A DNA stretch of 64,000 nucleotides, taken from the NCBI GenBank assembly GCA_001787005.1, contig MFUV01000006.1, forward strand, positions 16,197 through 80,196. The letters run 5' to 3'. The number at the start of each line of letters is the position of its first letter. The stretch's first letter is position 1. Below the pieces are notes generated by a model. That model did no database searches. It was not told the DNA's origin and saw only the letters and a list, made by a program, of their open reading frames with translations. Below, in pieces: positions 10,682-19,895 of the stretch. The translations under genes and the position numbers were made by a program. This DNA is from Candidatus Nomurabacteria bacterium RIFCSPLOWO2_01_FULL_39_18 (GTDB taxonomy: Bacteria; Patescibacteriota; Minisyncoccia; Phycocordibacterales; UBA9973).

Positions 10682-11146
10682 TTGGTTGCAATTATTGCTT
10701 ATTGTCTAAATCCAAACCATTTTCATTTTATCTTAAAACAATTAGTTGATGGTGGCATAGCTAAATTTATGCAAAAACTACAAGGAGGTTATACTTATTA
10801 TTTTAATGTAAAAAATTCCCGTACCGGATCGCTTTTTCAAGGAACTTTCAAGTCACATCTCATGAATAGTGAAAATTATTTTAATAAAATTCTTGGGTAT
10901 ACAAATAAAAACTATCAAGTTCACAATATTCCAAAAAATAAAATGGATCTTATTTTCGCTAGCGACTTCGAGTATGAAAATAATAATTTTAAGATTGTTT
11001 CCAAAAAAGAAGGAAAAAGAATTTTGGAAATTTTTAATGGTAGCAAAAATTTTAAGAAACACTGCGATGAGATTGTTTCAATTATTAGAAAAGAAAGAGG
11101 TAAAACTTCTCTTTTAGAAGAAGACAATCTCCCAGATAGAGTCTAA
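10682..11146 (+). pseudogene. 5'-truncated REP-associated tyrosine transposase (RAYT/Y1 HUH)
   Basis: AYCLNPNHFH, FMQKLQGGYTYYFN, GSLFQGTFK present; N-terminal YHxYNRG part absent; in-frame TAG at 10664 upstream. Confidence 0.8.
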
Positions 11147-11159
11147 AGCTCTATCTGGG
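11131..11159. repeat. REP-like palindrome R1, inverted, overlapping the RAYT stop
   Basis: cccagatagag-tctaaag-ctctatctggg. Confidence 0.85.
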
Positions 11160-11203
11160 TATTTTGCTTTGTTTTCTTTACTTTTTGTATTAAAATGTAG
11201 AGT

Positions 11204-12568
11204 ATGGTAGACACTGTGCTTTTCTTTATCTATAAAATTGCGATTGTATGGCTTTTGCCCTTGGCTGGCACAGGATTTGTCGGCTGGGTGGCATGGAAAA
11301 TCTGGGTTCATTACATACAGCAAGATTTTATTTCCGGCATAGATTTTGTTTTACTTGAGGTAATACCCCCGCGCGAAGTCTTGCGTAATCCAAAAGCAAT
11401 GGAACTTTTTATCTCGAACGCCCTATATCATTTCAGCTACAAAGGGGGAAAAGAAGAATATTGGCAAGGTGCTATTTGGTTCTGGTTTTCTTTGGAAATT
11501 GTCTCTCTTGAAGGACAAGTGCATTTTTATATTCGCACGCCGTCAAGAATCAAGGGTTTAATTGAGACGCAAATGTATGCTCAATATCCTCAATCTCAGG
11601 TCAAAGTAGTTGAGGATTATACTTTAGCAGTGGACGAAATAACGCCCGAGAGCGCTTGGAATGGCTGGGGATGCGAGTTTAGATTGCTGAAACCAGAAGC
11701 GTATCCGATTAAAACTTATATTGATTATGGATTAGACAAAGATCCGGATGAAGAATTAAAAGTTGACCCTATTTCTCCGATAATAGAATTTTTTGGCTCA
11801 CTTGGAAAAGGCGAGCAAGCCTGGGTGCAAATTGTGGTTACGCCTTCAAAGAAAATGTATCATACCAAGGGCACCTGGTTTGGAGAGCACGATTGGGTAG
11901 AAGAAGCCAAGCAACAGTTATTCAAATTATTATTACCCTATACTTCTAGAAGAGAAGATATGGGCGAAGGAGAAAAAGTTCTTAAGTTGGCTCGAATTGA
12001 AATTCGTACCCCATCTATTTTAGACAGAGCTACGAAAGCAATGAGCGCAAAAACTTCCAAGCTTGGTTTTGAGACTGGCATCAGGGTAATGTATATAGCC
12101 AAGAAAGAAGTTTATCCGCCCGGTTCGCGAACCAATAATTCTAGAGATATTCGTCTGATCTTTCGTCAATACACAGCTCCAGATGTTAACGGACTGGATC
12201 GAATAAATTCAGCTCAAGGGGACGCTCTTAATAGCAGCATACTTACTCTTTCTAAATATCAAATAATGATTCTGGCCAACCGGATGCTCCACGAATATCG
12301 AGAACGAGCATTTTTCCATCTTCCCCTAAGACATCATCTTTTTTCAATACATGTTTTTGAAAAAATATTCCCCAAACCTGTTATTCATGCAATATTCATG
12401 ACCGTAGTAAAGAAATTTTTCTTGCCTTATGTTCATCATCAGACTTATGTTTTAAACACTGAAGAGCTGGCGGCGCTGTGGCACTTCCCGGGCCAGATAT
12501 TAAAAGTTCCTACGCTTACTCGTATTGAATCTAAAGAAGCTTCTCCGCCTCCAAATTTGCCTATATAG
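11204..12568 (+). CDS. Conserved CPR membrane protein resembling the N-terminal module often fused to VirD4/DUF87-like ATPases
   Basis: N-terminal TM; LLEVIPPRE, FSLEIVS..GQVHFYI, YAQYP, YPIKTY, LNTEELAALWHFP. Confidence 0.65.
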   Translation: MVDTVLFFIYKIAIVWLLPLAGTGFVGWVAWKIWVHYIQQDFISGIDFVLLEVIPPREVLRNPKAMELFISNALYHFSYKGGKEEYWQGAIWFWFSLEIVSLEGQVHFYIRTPSRIKGLIETQMYAQYPQSQVKVVEDYTLAVDEITPESAWNGWGCEFRLLKPEAYPIKTYIDYGLDKDPDEELKVDPISPIIEFFGSLGKGEQAWVQIVVTPSKKMYHTKGTWFGEHDWVEEAKQQLFKLLLPYTSRREDMGEGEKVLKLARIEIRTPSILDRATKAMSAKTSKLGFETGIRVMYIAKKEVYPPGSRTNNSRDIRLIFRQYTAPDVNGLDRINSAQGDALNSSILTLSKYQIMILANRMLHEYRERAFFHLPLRHHLFSIHVFEKIFPKPVIHAIFMTVVKKFFLPYVHHQTYVLNTEELAALWHFPGQILKVPTLTRIESKEASPPPNLPI

Positions 12569-12574
12569 GATGAA

Positions 12575-12661
12575 TCCCGTTAGAGATTACTATATGTTAA
12601 AAATTTTCATTAAAATAAATATGATTACGGAAATGCAAAGCATTTCATATCTCTAACGGGA
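12575..12661. mobile_element. 87-bp MITE-like element inserted in the mltG start codon, 4-bp target duplication TGAA
   Basis: A-TGAA[tcccgttagagat...atctctaacgggA]TGAA; perfect 13-bp TIR. Confidence 0.85.
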
Positions 12662-13527
12662 TGAATAAATTCAAACTGGTTATTTTAATACTTTGCGCAG
12701 TTGGCTTTCTTTTTTTGTTAAATTCTCCCGTGGATTTTCCTGTTGAAACTATCATTAATATAGAAAAAGGGGAGAGTTTGCGGAGTGTGGCTTTAAAATT
12801 AAAAGAAAACAATGTCATACGTTCTCAAATAGCATTTGAAGCTTTTGTGATAATTTATGGCGGAGAAAAGCACCTAATGTCAGCTGACTATTTCTTTGAA
12901 AAAAAATTACCGGTTTATGAAGTTGCCAGACGTATATCAAAGGGAGAAAGGTATAAAGCGCCAGTAAAAGTAACCATCCCAGAAGGGTTTGATGCGTCCA
13001 TGATAGCAGAAGTTTTTTCCTCCAAGTTGTACGCTTTTGATAAAGAAAAATTCATTTTAGAAACAAAAGCACTGGAAGGTTATCTTTTTCCTGATACTTA
13101 TTTTTTCTTTTCTACTGACACCGAGGAAGAAGTAATCAAGTTGATGCGTGAGAATTTTGAAAATAAATTAGAGCCTCTTCGACCTCAAATTGTCTCAAGT
13201 GGCAGGAGTGAAAGAGAAATTATTGTTATGGCTTCCCTCGTTGAAGGAGAAGCAAAGGGTGACGATGATCGGGATACTATCTCTGGAATTTTATGGAAAA
13301 GGCTTGACATGAAAATGCCGCTTCAAGTGGACGTCGCGCCAGAGACCTATGACAAGGTTGGACTGCCCAAGAATCCAATTGGAAACCCAGGACTCGAAGC
13401 CATCAAAGCCGCGATAACTCCAGAAAAATCGCCTTATCTTTATTATTTGCACAACAAAGATGGCAATATCCACTATGCAAAAAACTTCGAAGAGCATAAA
13501 ATGAATAGACAAAAATATTTGAGATAA
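12661..13527 (+). CDS. mltG: Endolytic transglycosylase MltG (YceG)
   Basis: VTIPEG, LEGYLFPDTY, MASLVEGE, LQVD, GLPKNPIGNPG, YLYY, EEH. Confidence 0.9.
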   Translation: MNKFKLVILILCAVGFLFLLNSPVDFPVETIINIEKGESLRSVALKLKENNVIRSQIAFEAFVIIYGGEKHLMSADYFFEKKLPVYEVARRISKGERYKAPVKVTIPEGFDASMIAEVFSSKLYAFDKEKFILETKALEGYLFPDTYFFFSTDTEEEVIKLMRENFENKLEPLRPQIVSSGRSEREIIVMASLVEGEAKGDDDRDTISGILWKRLDMKMPLQVDVAPETYDKVGLPKNPIGNPGLEAIKAAITPEKSPYLYYLHNKDGNIHYAKNFEEHKMNRQKYLR

Positions 13528-13534
13528 AACCCGG

Positions 13535-14062
13535 ATGAAGAAACACAAATTAGCTTTCATAGACATAGAGAGTACCGGACTCGATGTGATAAAACACGAG
13601 ATTGTTGAAATTGGGTGCGTCTTGACTACTCCCGACCTTAAGGTGATCGAAGAATTTGAATTAAAAATAAAACCGGAACACATAGAAAATTCCGACCCCG
13701 TTTCTTTGAAGATTAGTCATTACGATAAGGAAAGTTGGGAGAATGCTTTTACTTTAGAGAAAGCCATGAAAATTCTTTCTAAAAAAACGAAGGATGCCAT
13801 TATGGTCGGGCAAAATGTCGCTTTTGATTCTGGATTTCTAGAACATGCTTTTTCCAAAGTGGGGATTGCTAACAGCATGCATTACCACAAACTCGACACT
13901 ATCTCAATCGCTTGGGCAAAGTTGCACAAGGAGCCAGACTTAGAACATTTCTCCTTACGCGAAATGTGCGTGCGTTTCGGTATCAAAAATGAACATGCGC
14001 ATACAGCGCTCTCTGATGCTCGAGCGACTTTCGAGCTTTACAAAAAGCTGATGGAGCTGTAA
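13535..14062 (+). CDS. DEDDh 3'-5' exonuclease (DnaQ-like)
   Basis: DIESTG, QNVAFD, LDT, AHTALSDA. Confidence 0.9.
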   Translation: MKKHKLAFIDIESTGLDVIKHEIVEIGCVLTTPDLKVIEEFELKIKPEHIENSDPVSLKISHYDKESWENAFTLEKAMKILSKKTKDAIMVGQNVAFDSGFLEHAFSKVGIANSMHYHKLDTISIAWAKLHKEPDLEHFSLREMCVRFGIKNEHAHTALSDARATFELYKKLMEL

Positions 14063-14064
14063 AA

Positions 14065-14184
14065 TCAAAAAACTATGAAATATACTTTTTAAGGGGTTTT
14101 GCGAGCGACGGCGAGCAAACTTCAGGATTTTTTAAGCTTCAAAAAATCCGTACCGGCAAAAAGTTATATTTGATAGTTTTTTGA
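14065..14184. repeat. Intergenic hairpin element, type-B-related core on the minus strand, upstream of mnmA
   Basis: Arms tcaaaaaactatgaaatatacttttt / aaaaagttatatttgatagttttttga; core is the reverse complement of the core at 26563-26627. Confidence 0.85.
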
Positions 14185-14193
14185 ATATCATTT

Positions 14194-15393
14194 ATGAAAA
14201 AAAAAGTTGTTTTTGTCGGACTTTCGGGGGGCGTTGATTCTGCGGTTTCAGCAACCATACTAAAGAAGCAAGGTTTTGAAGTCGTGGGAGTTTTTATCAA
14301 AACCTGGCACCCAGATTTTTTAGAATGTAACGAAGAGGAAGAGCGTCGCGATGCCATGCGCGTGGCAGCATATTTGGATGTTCCTTTTTTAACATTTAAT
14401 TTAGAAAGTGTTTATAAAAAAGAAGTTGCAGATTACATGATTTCTGAATATAAAACTGGACGGACGCCGAATCCAGATGTGATGTGTAATAAAAAAGTGA
14501 AGTTTGGCGCGTTTCTCAAAAAAGCTATTTCCATGGGAGCTGATTTTGTGGCGACGGGGCACTATGCGCAAGTTGGCGAAGCTGGAAACTACTTTTTATC
14601 AGGTCCTCGGATTCCTGGGTCCCTCCCCCAGCCAGACCATGCTAAAAAGTATTTCCAGCTTCGCCAAGGTCCGGATAAGTCCAAAGACCAAAGCTATTTT
14701 CTTTGGACCCTTAAACAAGAGCAACTTTCGAAAATAATTTTTCCAGTTGGAGATTTAAAAAAGACAGAAGTGAGAAAATTGGCTAAAAAGTTTAGACTGC
14801 CTGTGGCAGAGAAGAAAGACAGTCAGGGAATATGTTTCCTGGGCGCGGTGGATTTAAAAGAGTTTTTAAAACATTATATAAAAGAAAAAAAGGGAAAAGT
14901 GCTGAATACCGAAGGTGAAATAATAGGGTGGCATAATGGCGCGGTTTTTAATACGCTTGGAGAGCGGCATGGTTTTACAATTACAAAAAAGGGTCCAAAT
15001 GACGGACGATATTATATTGTTGCTAAAGATGTTAAGAAAAATATTTTGATCGTGTCTCAAGAAAAAAATTATCTTACAAAGAGCACGGATATTTTTTTGC
15101 TAAAAAATTCCTCGTACTCGCGCCAGTCGCGCTCGCAAGTCTCTTTGCAAGACAATTTTTTTCTTTCGCTAGAAAATGTAAATTGGATTTCTAAAGTTCC
15201 AGATTCAAATAAAAATTATACCGCTCAAATTCGTTACCATGGAAAATTTTTATCATGCAAAGTAAAGGTCGTAGATCCCGAGCGGAAGCGAAGGGCTGAA
15301 ATAATTTTTAGAAAACCGATCATGGTTGCCTCCGGCCAGTCCTGCGTTGTTTATGATAAAGACGTCTGTCTGGGCGGAGGGGTGGTGAAATAA
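14194..15393 (+). CDS. mnmA: tRNA-specific 2-thiouridylase with in-frame hairpin insertions
   Basis: SGGVDS, TPNPDVMCN, ATGHY, KDQSYFL, DSQGICF, QIRY, GQS. Confidence 0.96.
   Translation: MKKKVVFVGLSGGVDSAVSATILKKQGFEVVGVFIKTWHPDFLECNEEEERRDAMRVAAYLDVPFLTFNLESVYKKEVADYMISEYKTGRTPNPDVMCNKKVKFGAFLKKAISMGADFVATGHYAQVGEAGNYFLSGPRIPGSLPQPDHAKKYFQLRQGPDKSKDQSYFLWTLKQEQLSKIIFPVGDLKKTEVRKLAKKFRLPVAEKKDSQGICFLGAVDLKEFLKHYIKEKKGKVLNTEGEIIGWHNGAVFNTLGERHGFTITKKGPNDGRYYIVAKDVKKNILIVSQEKNYLTKSTDIFLLKNSSYSRQSRSQVSLQDNFFLSLENVNWISKVPDSNKNYTAQIRYHGKFLSCKVKVVDPERKRRAEIIFRKPIMVASGQSCVVYDKDVCLGGGVVK
14573..14667. repeat. In-frame hairpin element, core type A, in mnmA
   Basis: Arms ttggcgaagctggaaa(c)tacttttta / taaaaagtatttccagcttcgccaa; core tcaggtcctcgga...ccagaccat. 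Confidence 0.9.
15059..15165. repeat. In-frame hairpin element, core type B, in mnmA
   Basis: 25-bp arms aagaaaaaaattatcttacaaagag / ctctttgcaagacaatttttttctt; core near-identical to iscS 764-819. Confidence 0.9.
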
Positions 15394-15432
15394 AACCTTT
15401 TCTTTTACAGTCTTTTATAGTACAATTATTCC

Positions 15433-15903
15433 ATGTCTGAATTTTTAGCGCAAAATGGTGAAATTATTTTAAGATTAGTGGTGGCAGTAGGGCTGGGGAT
15501 GCTGATAGGAGCGGAGAGGCTCTTGGTGAGGGAAGCGGCGGGTATGAAAACTCACGCCCTGGTATCTCTTGGCTCGGCACTATTTATAATTGTTTCTGAA
15601 ATGCTTGCTATTAAATATGCGGGCGTTGGGGGTTTCGACCCGGCTAGAATTGCTTCACAGGTGATTGTCGGTATTGGATTTTTGGGCGCTGGTTCGATTA
15701 TCCTTCAGGGTTCTCGGCTGATTGGGCTGACAACTGCGGGCGGGTTATGGGTCACAGCTGGCATCGGCATGGCTGTTGGGTTCAGGCTTTTTTCTATGGC
15801 TATAATTGCGACGGTGCTTGTGCTTTTTATATTGGTTATTGGCAATCTCCTAGAGAAGCCTATTAGGAAAATTTCTGGGGAGATAGATCAGCCCAAAGGT
15901 TAA
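15433..15903 (+). CDS. MgtC/SapB family membrane protein
   Basis: IGAER, AGMKTHALV, DPARIASQVIVGIGFLGAG, GLTTA. Confidence 0.92.
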   Translation: MSEFLAQNGEIILRLVVAVGLGMLIGAERLLVREAAGMKTHALVSLGSALFIIVSEMLAIKYAGVGGFDPARIASQVIVGIGFLGAGSIILQGSRLIGLTTAGGLWVTAGIGMAVGFRLFSMAIIATVLVLFILVIGNLLEKPIRKISGEIDQPKG

Positions 15904-15913
15904 ATAAAAAAAG

Positions 15914-17758
15914 ATGGATTCAAATGAGATTAGATCAAGATTTCTAAAATTTTTCGAAGCACGGGGGCATAAAATAATTCCTTCGGCTTCTCTCGTCCCA
16001 GAGAATGATCCATCGGTGCTTTTCAATACTGCTGGCATGCAGCCCTTGGTGCCATATTTGATGGGGCAGAAACACCCTGGGGGAACTCGCTTAGTAAATG
16101 TTCAGAAATGTGTACGAACCCAAGACATTGACGAAGTTGGGGATAAAACTCACGACACATTTTTCGAAATGATGGGCAACTGGTCTCTCGGGGATTATTT
16201 CAAAGAAGATGCCATAAAATGGAGCTATGAATTTCTAACCTCTAAGGAAGAAGGTTTGGGGCTTGATCCCAGGCGGCTGTATGTAACAGTCTTCGAAGGA
16301 GATGAAAACGCTCCAAGAGACGAAGAGTTGGCAGGTATTTGGCAAGAAATTTTTAAAAAAAATAATATTTCTGGCGAACGGATATATTTTCGCCCGGCAG
16401 ACAAGAATTGGTGGAGCGTGGGGGATAATGGTCCATGTGGCCCAGACACCGAAATGTTTTATGACCTGACAGGCAAACTGACTGAAGGCATGACTCTCGA
16501 AGAATACATGAAGGCCGACGACGAACAAAGAGTTGTGGAGATCTGGAACGATGTTTTCATGGAATATGAGAAAAAAGATGGAAAGGTGATCAGAAAATTA
16601 AAACAAAAAAACGTAGACACAGGGAGCGGGCTTGAGCGGGTGGTCATGGCGGTACAGGGGAAAGACAGTATTTTTGACACCGATTTATTCGCTCCAATTA
16701 TGGATTTAATAAAAGAAAAAAGTGTGAATTATGATCTACGTTCTGCTCGTATTATTGCCGATCATTTTCGTACGGCGGTATTTATGATTACTGATGGTGT
16801 TATCCCATCGAACACTGGCAGGGGATACATCTTGCGTCGGTTACTGCGCAGAATTTTTACCAAATCTTCTATTATTGAGCTCAGTAATTATACTTGTAAA
16901 GAGTTTGTTGATGTTCTGTATAAAATTTATAGTAAAAATTATCCCGAAATATATGAGAAACTCAACGACATCATTGCGATTTTTGGAGAAGAAGAAAAAA
17001 TATTTGAAAAGCCCCTTGATGGAGTTGAAACATACCGATTAGATCTTCTTGAGGCTATGAAATTTGGCGTGATTAAAAAAGTCGGTAACATTCCAATATT
17101 AAAAGATAAAAATACGGTTTCGGGCTTATATATACATGCATTATTTGCAATGCATGGAAACCCAATGGACCTAATGATTGGCGTTGCAAAAGAATTGGGA
17201 TTCAAAATAGACGAAAATGAGATTAATGAAGCTATTAAAAAACATCAAGAACTCTCTCGTAGCGCTTCTGCTGGAATGTTTAAAGGAGGACTTGCAAATC
17301 ATGACGAGAGAACAATAAAACTCCATACCGCACATCATTTACTTCTTGCGGCTCTAAAAGCTGTCGTAGGTGAAAATGTAAAGCAGAGGGGGAGTAACAT
17401 TACTGAAAGGCGTCTGAGAATTGATTTTCTTTGCGACCACAAGCTTACCGATGAGGAAAAGAAAAAAGTTGAAGACTGGGTAAATGATAAAATACAAAAA
17501 GGTTTGAGTGTTACGCGCCGGGAATTGCCGCTTCATCTTGCTAAAAAAATTGGAGCTGAAATGGAATTCGGAGCAAAATACCCCGATACAGTGTCAGTAT
17601 ACTTTATTGGTCCGGGCGAAGAAAAATATAGTGCTGTTAGTAAAGAATTCTGTGGCGGTCCACATGTTACGAATACTGGGGTACTGGGGACATTCAAAAT
17701 CCAAAAAGAAGAAGCTATAGCAGCTGGTATAAGACGCATAAAAGCTGTACTAGTTTAA
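15914..17758 (+). CDS. alaS: Alanine--tRNA ligase, short form without C-Ala
   Basis: FNTAGMQP, HDTFFEMMGNWS, GPCGPD, EIWN, VDTGSGLER, HTAHHLL, EFCGGPHV. Confidence 0.95.
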   Translation: MDSNEIRSRFLKFFEARGHKIIPSASLVPENDPSVLFNTAGMQPLVPYLMGQKHPGGTRLVNVQKCVRTQDIDEVGDKTHDTFFEMMGNWSLGDYFKEDAIKWSYEFLTSKEEGLGLDPRRLYVTVFEGDENAPRDEELAGIWQEIFKKNNISGERIYFRPADKNWWSVGDNGPCGPDTEMFYDLTGKLTEGMTLEEYMKADDEQRVVEIWNDVFMEYEKKDGKVIRKLKQKNVDTGSGLERVVMAVQGKDSIFDTDLFAPIMDLIKEKSVNYDLRSARIIADHFRTAVFMITDGVIPSNTGRGYILRRLLRRIFTKSSIIELSNYTCKEFVDVLYKIYSKNYPEIYEKLNDIIAIFGEEEKIFEKPLDGVETYRLDLLEAMKFGVIKKVGNIPILKDKNTVSGLYIHALFAMHGNPMDLMIGVAKELGFKIDENEINEAIKKHQELSRSASAGMFKGGLANHDERTIKLHTAHHLLLAALKAVVGENVKQRGSNITERRLRIDFLCDHKLTDEEKKKVEDWVNDKIQKGLSVTRRELPLHLAKKIGAEMEFGAKYPDTVSVYFIGPGEEKYSAVSKEFCGGPHVTNTGVLGTFKIQKEEAIAAGIRRIKAVLV

Positions 17759-17763
17759 TAAAG

Positions 17764-18651
17764 TTGAATGATATCTCGTTCAGTATAAAAATTATGGATG
17801 ATAGAACATTTATACCAGGGAATAATCTAGAAGGTCGGGCGATAGAGGAAGAGCCGTCTTGGGAATTAATACCTAACCAAGAGTATTTGGATTTTCAAAA
17901 AATAGAAGTAACTGAGGTAGACGAAACTAAGCCCTATAGACCCGCTAAAAAAGTAAAAGTGACAAAAAAAGAAGGAGAAGTCCTAGAGGTTGATGCAGTA
18001 ACAATCTTTTTTGTTTTAAGAAATAAACATGGGAAAGAATTAACTGTTTCCGCAGCGGCAGCAGGGCATATCGATAATTTACACATAAAGGGCGCTGATG
18101 CTGGGAGTCTTTTTGATGAGCCATCATTTCAAGCACTTATGCAAGATGTAGCTAAAAAAATTCCCGAAGACGTTGCAACACAACCTGGTGTTTTAGTGAT
18201 TGAAGTAAAAATGGGGAAAAATATAGGACAAGAAGGTATAGCTGGTTTGGAAGAATTACAAGATTCGGGAATACTTACGAAAGATGATGTTCAAAAAGCA
18301 CTAGCTTTCAAAGAGGAGGTGATACGATTGAATCGCCTAGGAACAAAAGATGAGAAAGAAATTTTTGTTAAAAATCATTCAGATGGCAAAATCAAGTTTC
18401 AGTTAATTAGGGACGATGTGCTTGTGCCAGTCGTTGATACCCCCAGAAGACCGACTACAAAATTATACATGGTATTTGTCCCAACCGAACAAGGTGATAA
18501 AAAAACATTATATACAATGGCACCGGGTCGCAGTATGCCCATGCATCCCAATCCAAGAGAGCATATGAGCGCTGACGGCATGATTAACGAAAAAACTTTT
18601 CAAGATTCAGCAAATGCGTGGTTTTATACGGTAATGTTAGTTGGAAAATAA
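17764..18651 (+). CDS. Hypothetical protein (start may be ATG 17794)
   Basis: 295-aa ORF; LYTMAPG motif near the C-terminus. Confidence 0.6.
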   Translation: MNDISFSIKIMDDRTFIPGNNLEGRAIEEEPSWELIPNQEYLDFQKIEVTEVDETKPYRPAKKVKVTKKEGEVLEVDAVTIFFVLRNKHGKELTVSAAAAGHIDNLHIKGADAGSLFDEPSFQALMQDVAKKIPEDVATQPGVLVIEVKMGKNIGQEGIAGLEELQDSGILTKDDVQKALAFKEEVIRLNRLGTKDEKEIFVKNHSDGKIKFQLIRDDVLVPVVDTPRRPTTKLYMVFVPTEQGDKKTLYTMAPGRSMPMHPNPREHMSADGMINEKTFQDSANAWFYTVMLVGK

Positions 18652-18684
18652 TCATTATAAATACATTATGTTATAATCAACCAG

Positions 18685-19878
18685 ATGGGTATTTTTACTA
18701 AAGCAGAAAAGGAAGGCGAGCTAGTAGCCTTATTTGACATCAGGTCTTCTTCTGTAGGAGGAGCGCTTTTTAGAGTGCAAAAATCTGGAATTCCCAAAAT
18801 AATTTTATCTTTCCGTGAGCCGATAATCTTTAAAAAGACAATAGATATCAATCGATTTGTGCTCTCAATTATAAAACCCCTTAATATTATCGCTGATAAA
18901 ATCTCAACTGCGGGTATTGGCGTGCCAGAGCGGATTTTTTGCATTCTTTCTTCTCCCTGGTTTGTCTCTCAAACACGAATAATAAATCTTAAAAAAAATA
19001 CGCCCTTTACTGTTACCACCAAGCTCATTGATGATTTAATTAAAAAGGAGATAAATATTTTTGAAGAAGAACATTTAGCAAAATATACAGAAAAAGGTAA
19101 TAAAATCAGATTAATTGAACTTAAAAACATTAAAACAATGTTGAATGGTTATGAAACAGCCAACCCCTTAGATCAAAAGTCAAAAGAACTTGAGATAACC
19201 GTGTTCATTTCCATGAGTCCCGAGCAAGTTTTGTCCAAAATAGAAGAAGCGGTCAAAAGATATTTTCACCGCGGGAACATCAAGTTTGTTTCTTTCGCCC
19301 TGTCTTCTTTTGCCGTAGTGCGCGACATGTTTATAAACCAGGAAAATTTCCTTTTAATTGATGTCGGAGGGGAGGTGACGGATATTTCCATGATAAAAAA
19401 GAATGTACTGCGTGAGTCAATTTCTTTTCCCCTGGGTCAGAATTTTATTATACGTGGAGTTGCCTCTGCCTTGGGCTCTACGCTTGGCGAAGCTGAATCT
19501 CTCATATCTTTGCTACAAGATGAGCATGGAGATGCATCTACGGAGAAAAAACTCAACCCAATTATAGATAAATTAAAAATGGAATGGTTAAAGAAGTTTC
19601 AAGAAGCTCTGGCTAATATTTCTAGGGATATTTCCATTCCCGCTACTATCTTTTTGTCTACAGAGATGGGTTTTGCAGATTTTTTTGGCAAAACAATCAA
19701 GACTGAACAATTCAACCAGTACACTCTGACGGAGTCCAAATTCGAGATTACTTTCTTAGATACGGAAACTCTGCATGGCATTGCCACATTTGATAAAAGT
19801 GCAATTCGAGACCCGTTTATTATTATTGATTCTGTTTATATTAATCGGTTTTTAATTCACTCTGCTTCACCACGCTGA
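18685..19878 (+). CDS. FtsA/PilM-like actin-fold protein
   Basis: LFDIRSSSV and LIDVGGEVTDI phosphate-loop-like motifs. Confidence 0.65.
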   Translation: MGIFTKAEKEGELVALFDIRSSSVGGALFRVQKSGIPKIILSFREPIIFKKTIDINRFVLSIIKPLNIIADKISTAGIGVPERIFCILSSPWFVSQTRIINLKKNTPFTVTTKLIDDLIKKEINIFEEEHLAKYTEKGNKIRLIELKNIKTMLNGYETANPLDQKSKELEITVFISMSPEQVLSKIEEAVKRYFHRGNIKFVSFALSSFAVVRDMFINQENFLLIDVGGEVTDISMIKKNVLRESISFPLGQNFIIRGVASALGSTLGEAESLISLLQDEHGDASTEKKLNPIIDKLKMEWLKKFQEALANISRDISIPATIFLSTEMGFADFFGKTIKTEQFNQYTLTESKFEITFLDTETLHGIATFDKSAIRDPFIIIDSVYINRFLIHSASPR

Positions 19879-19895
19879 GCGGGGAAAATAAAATT

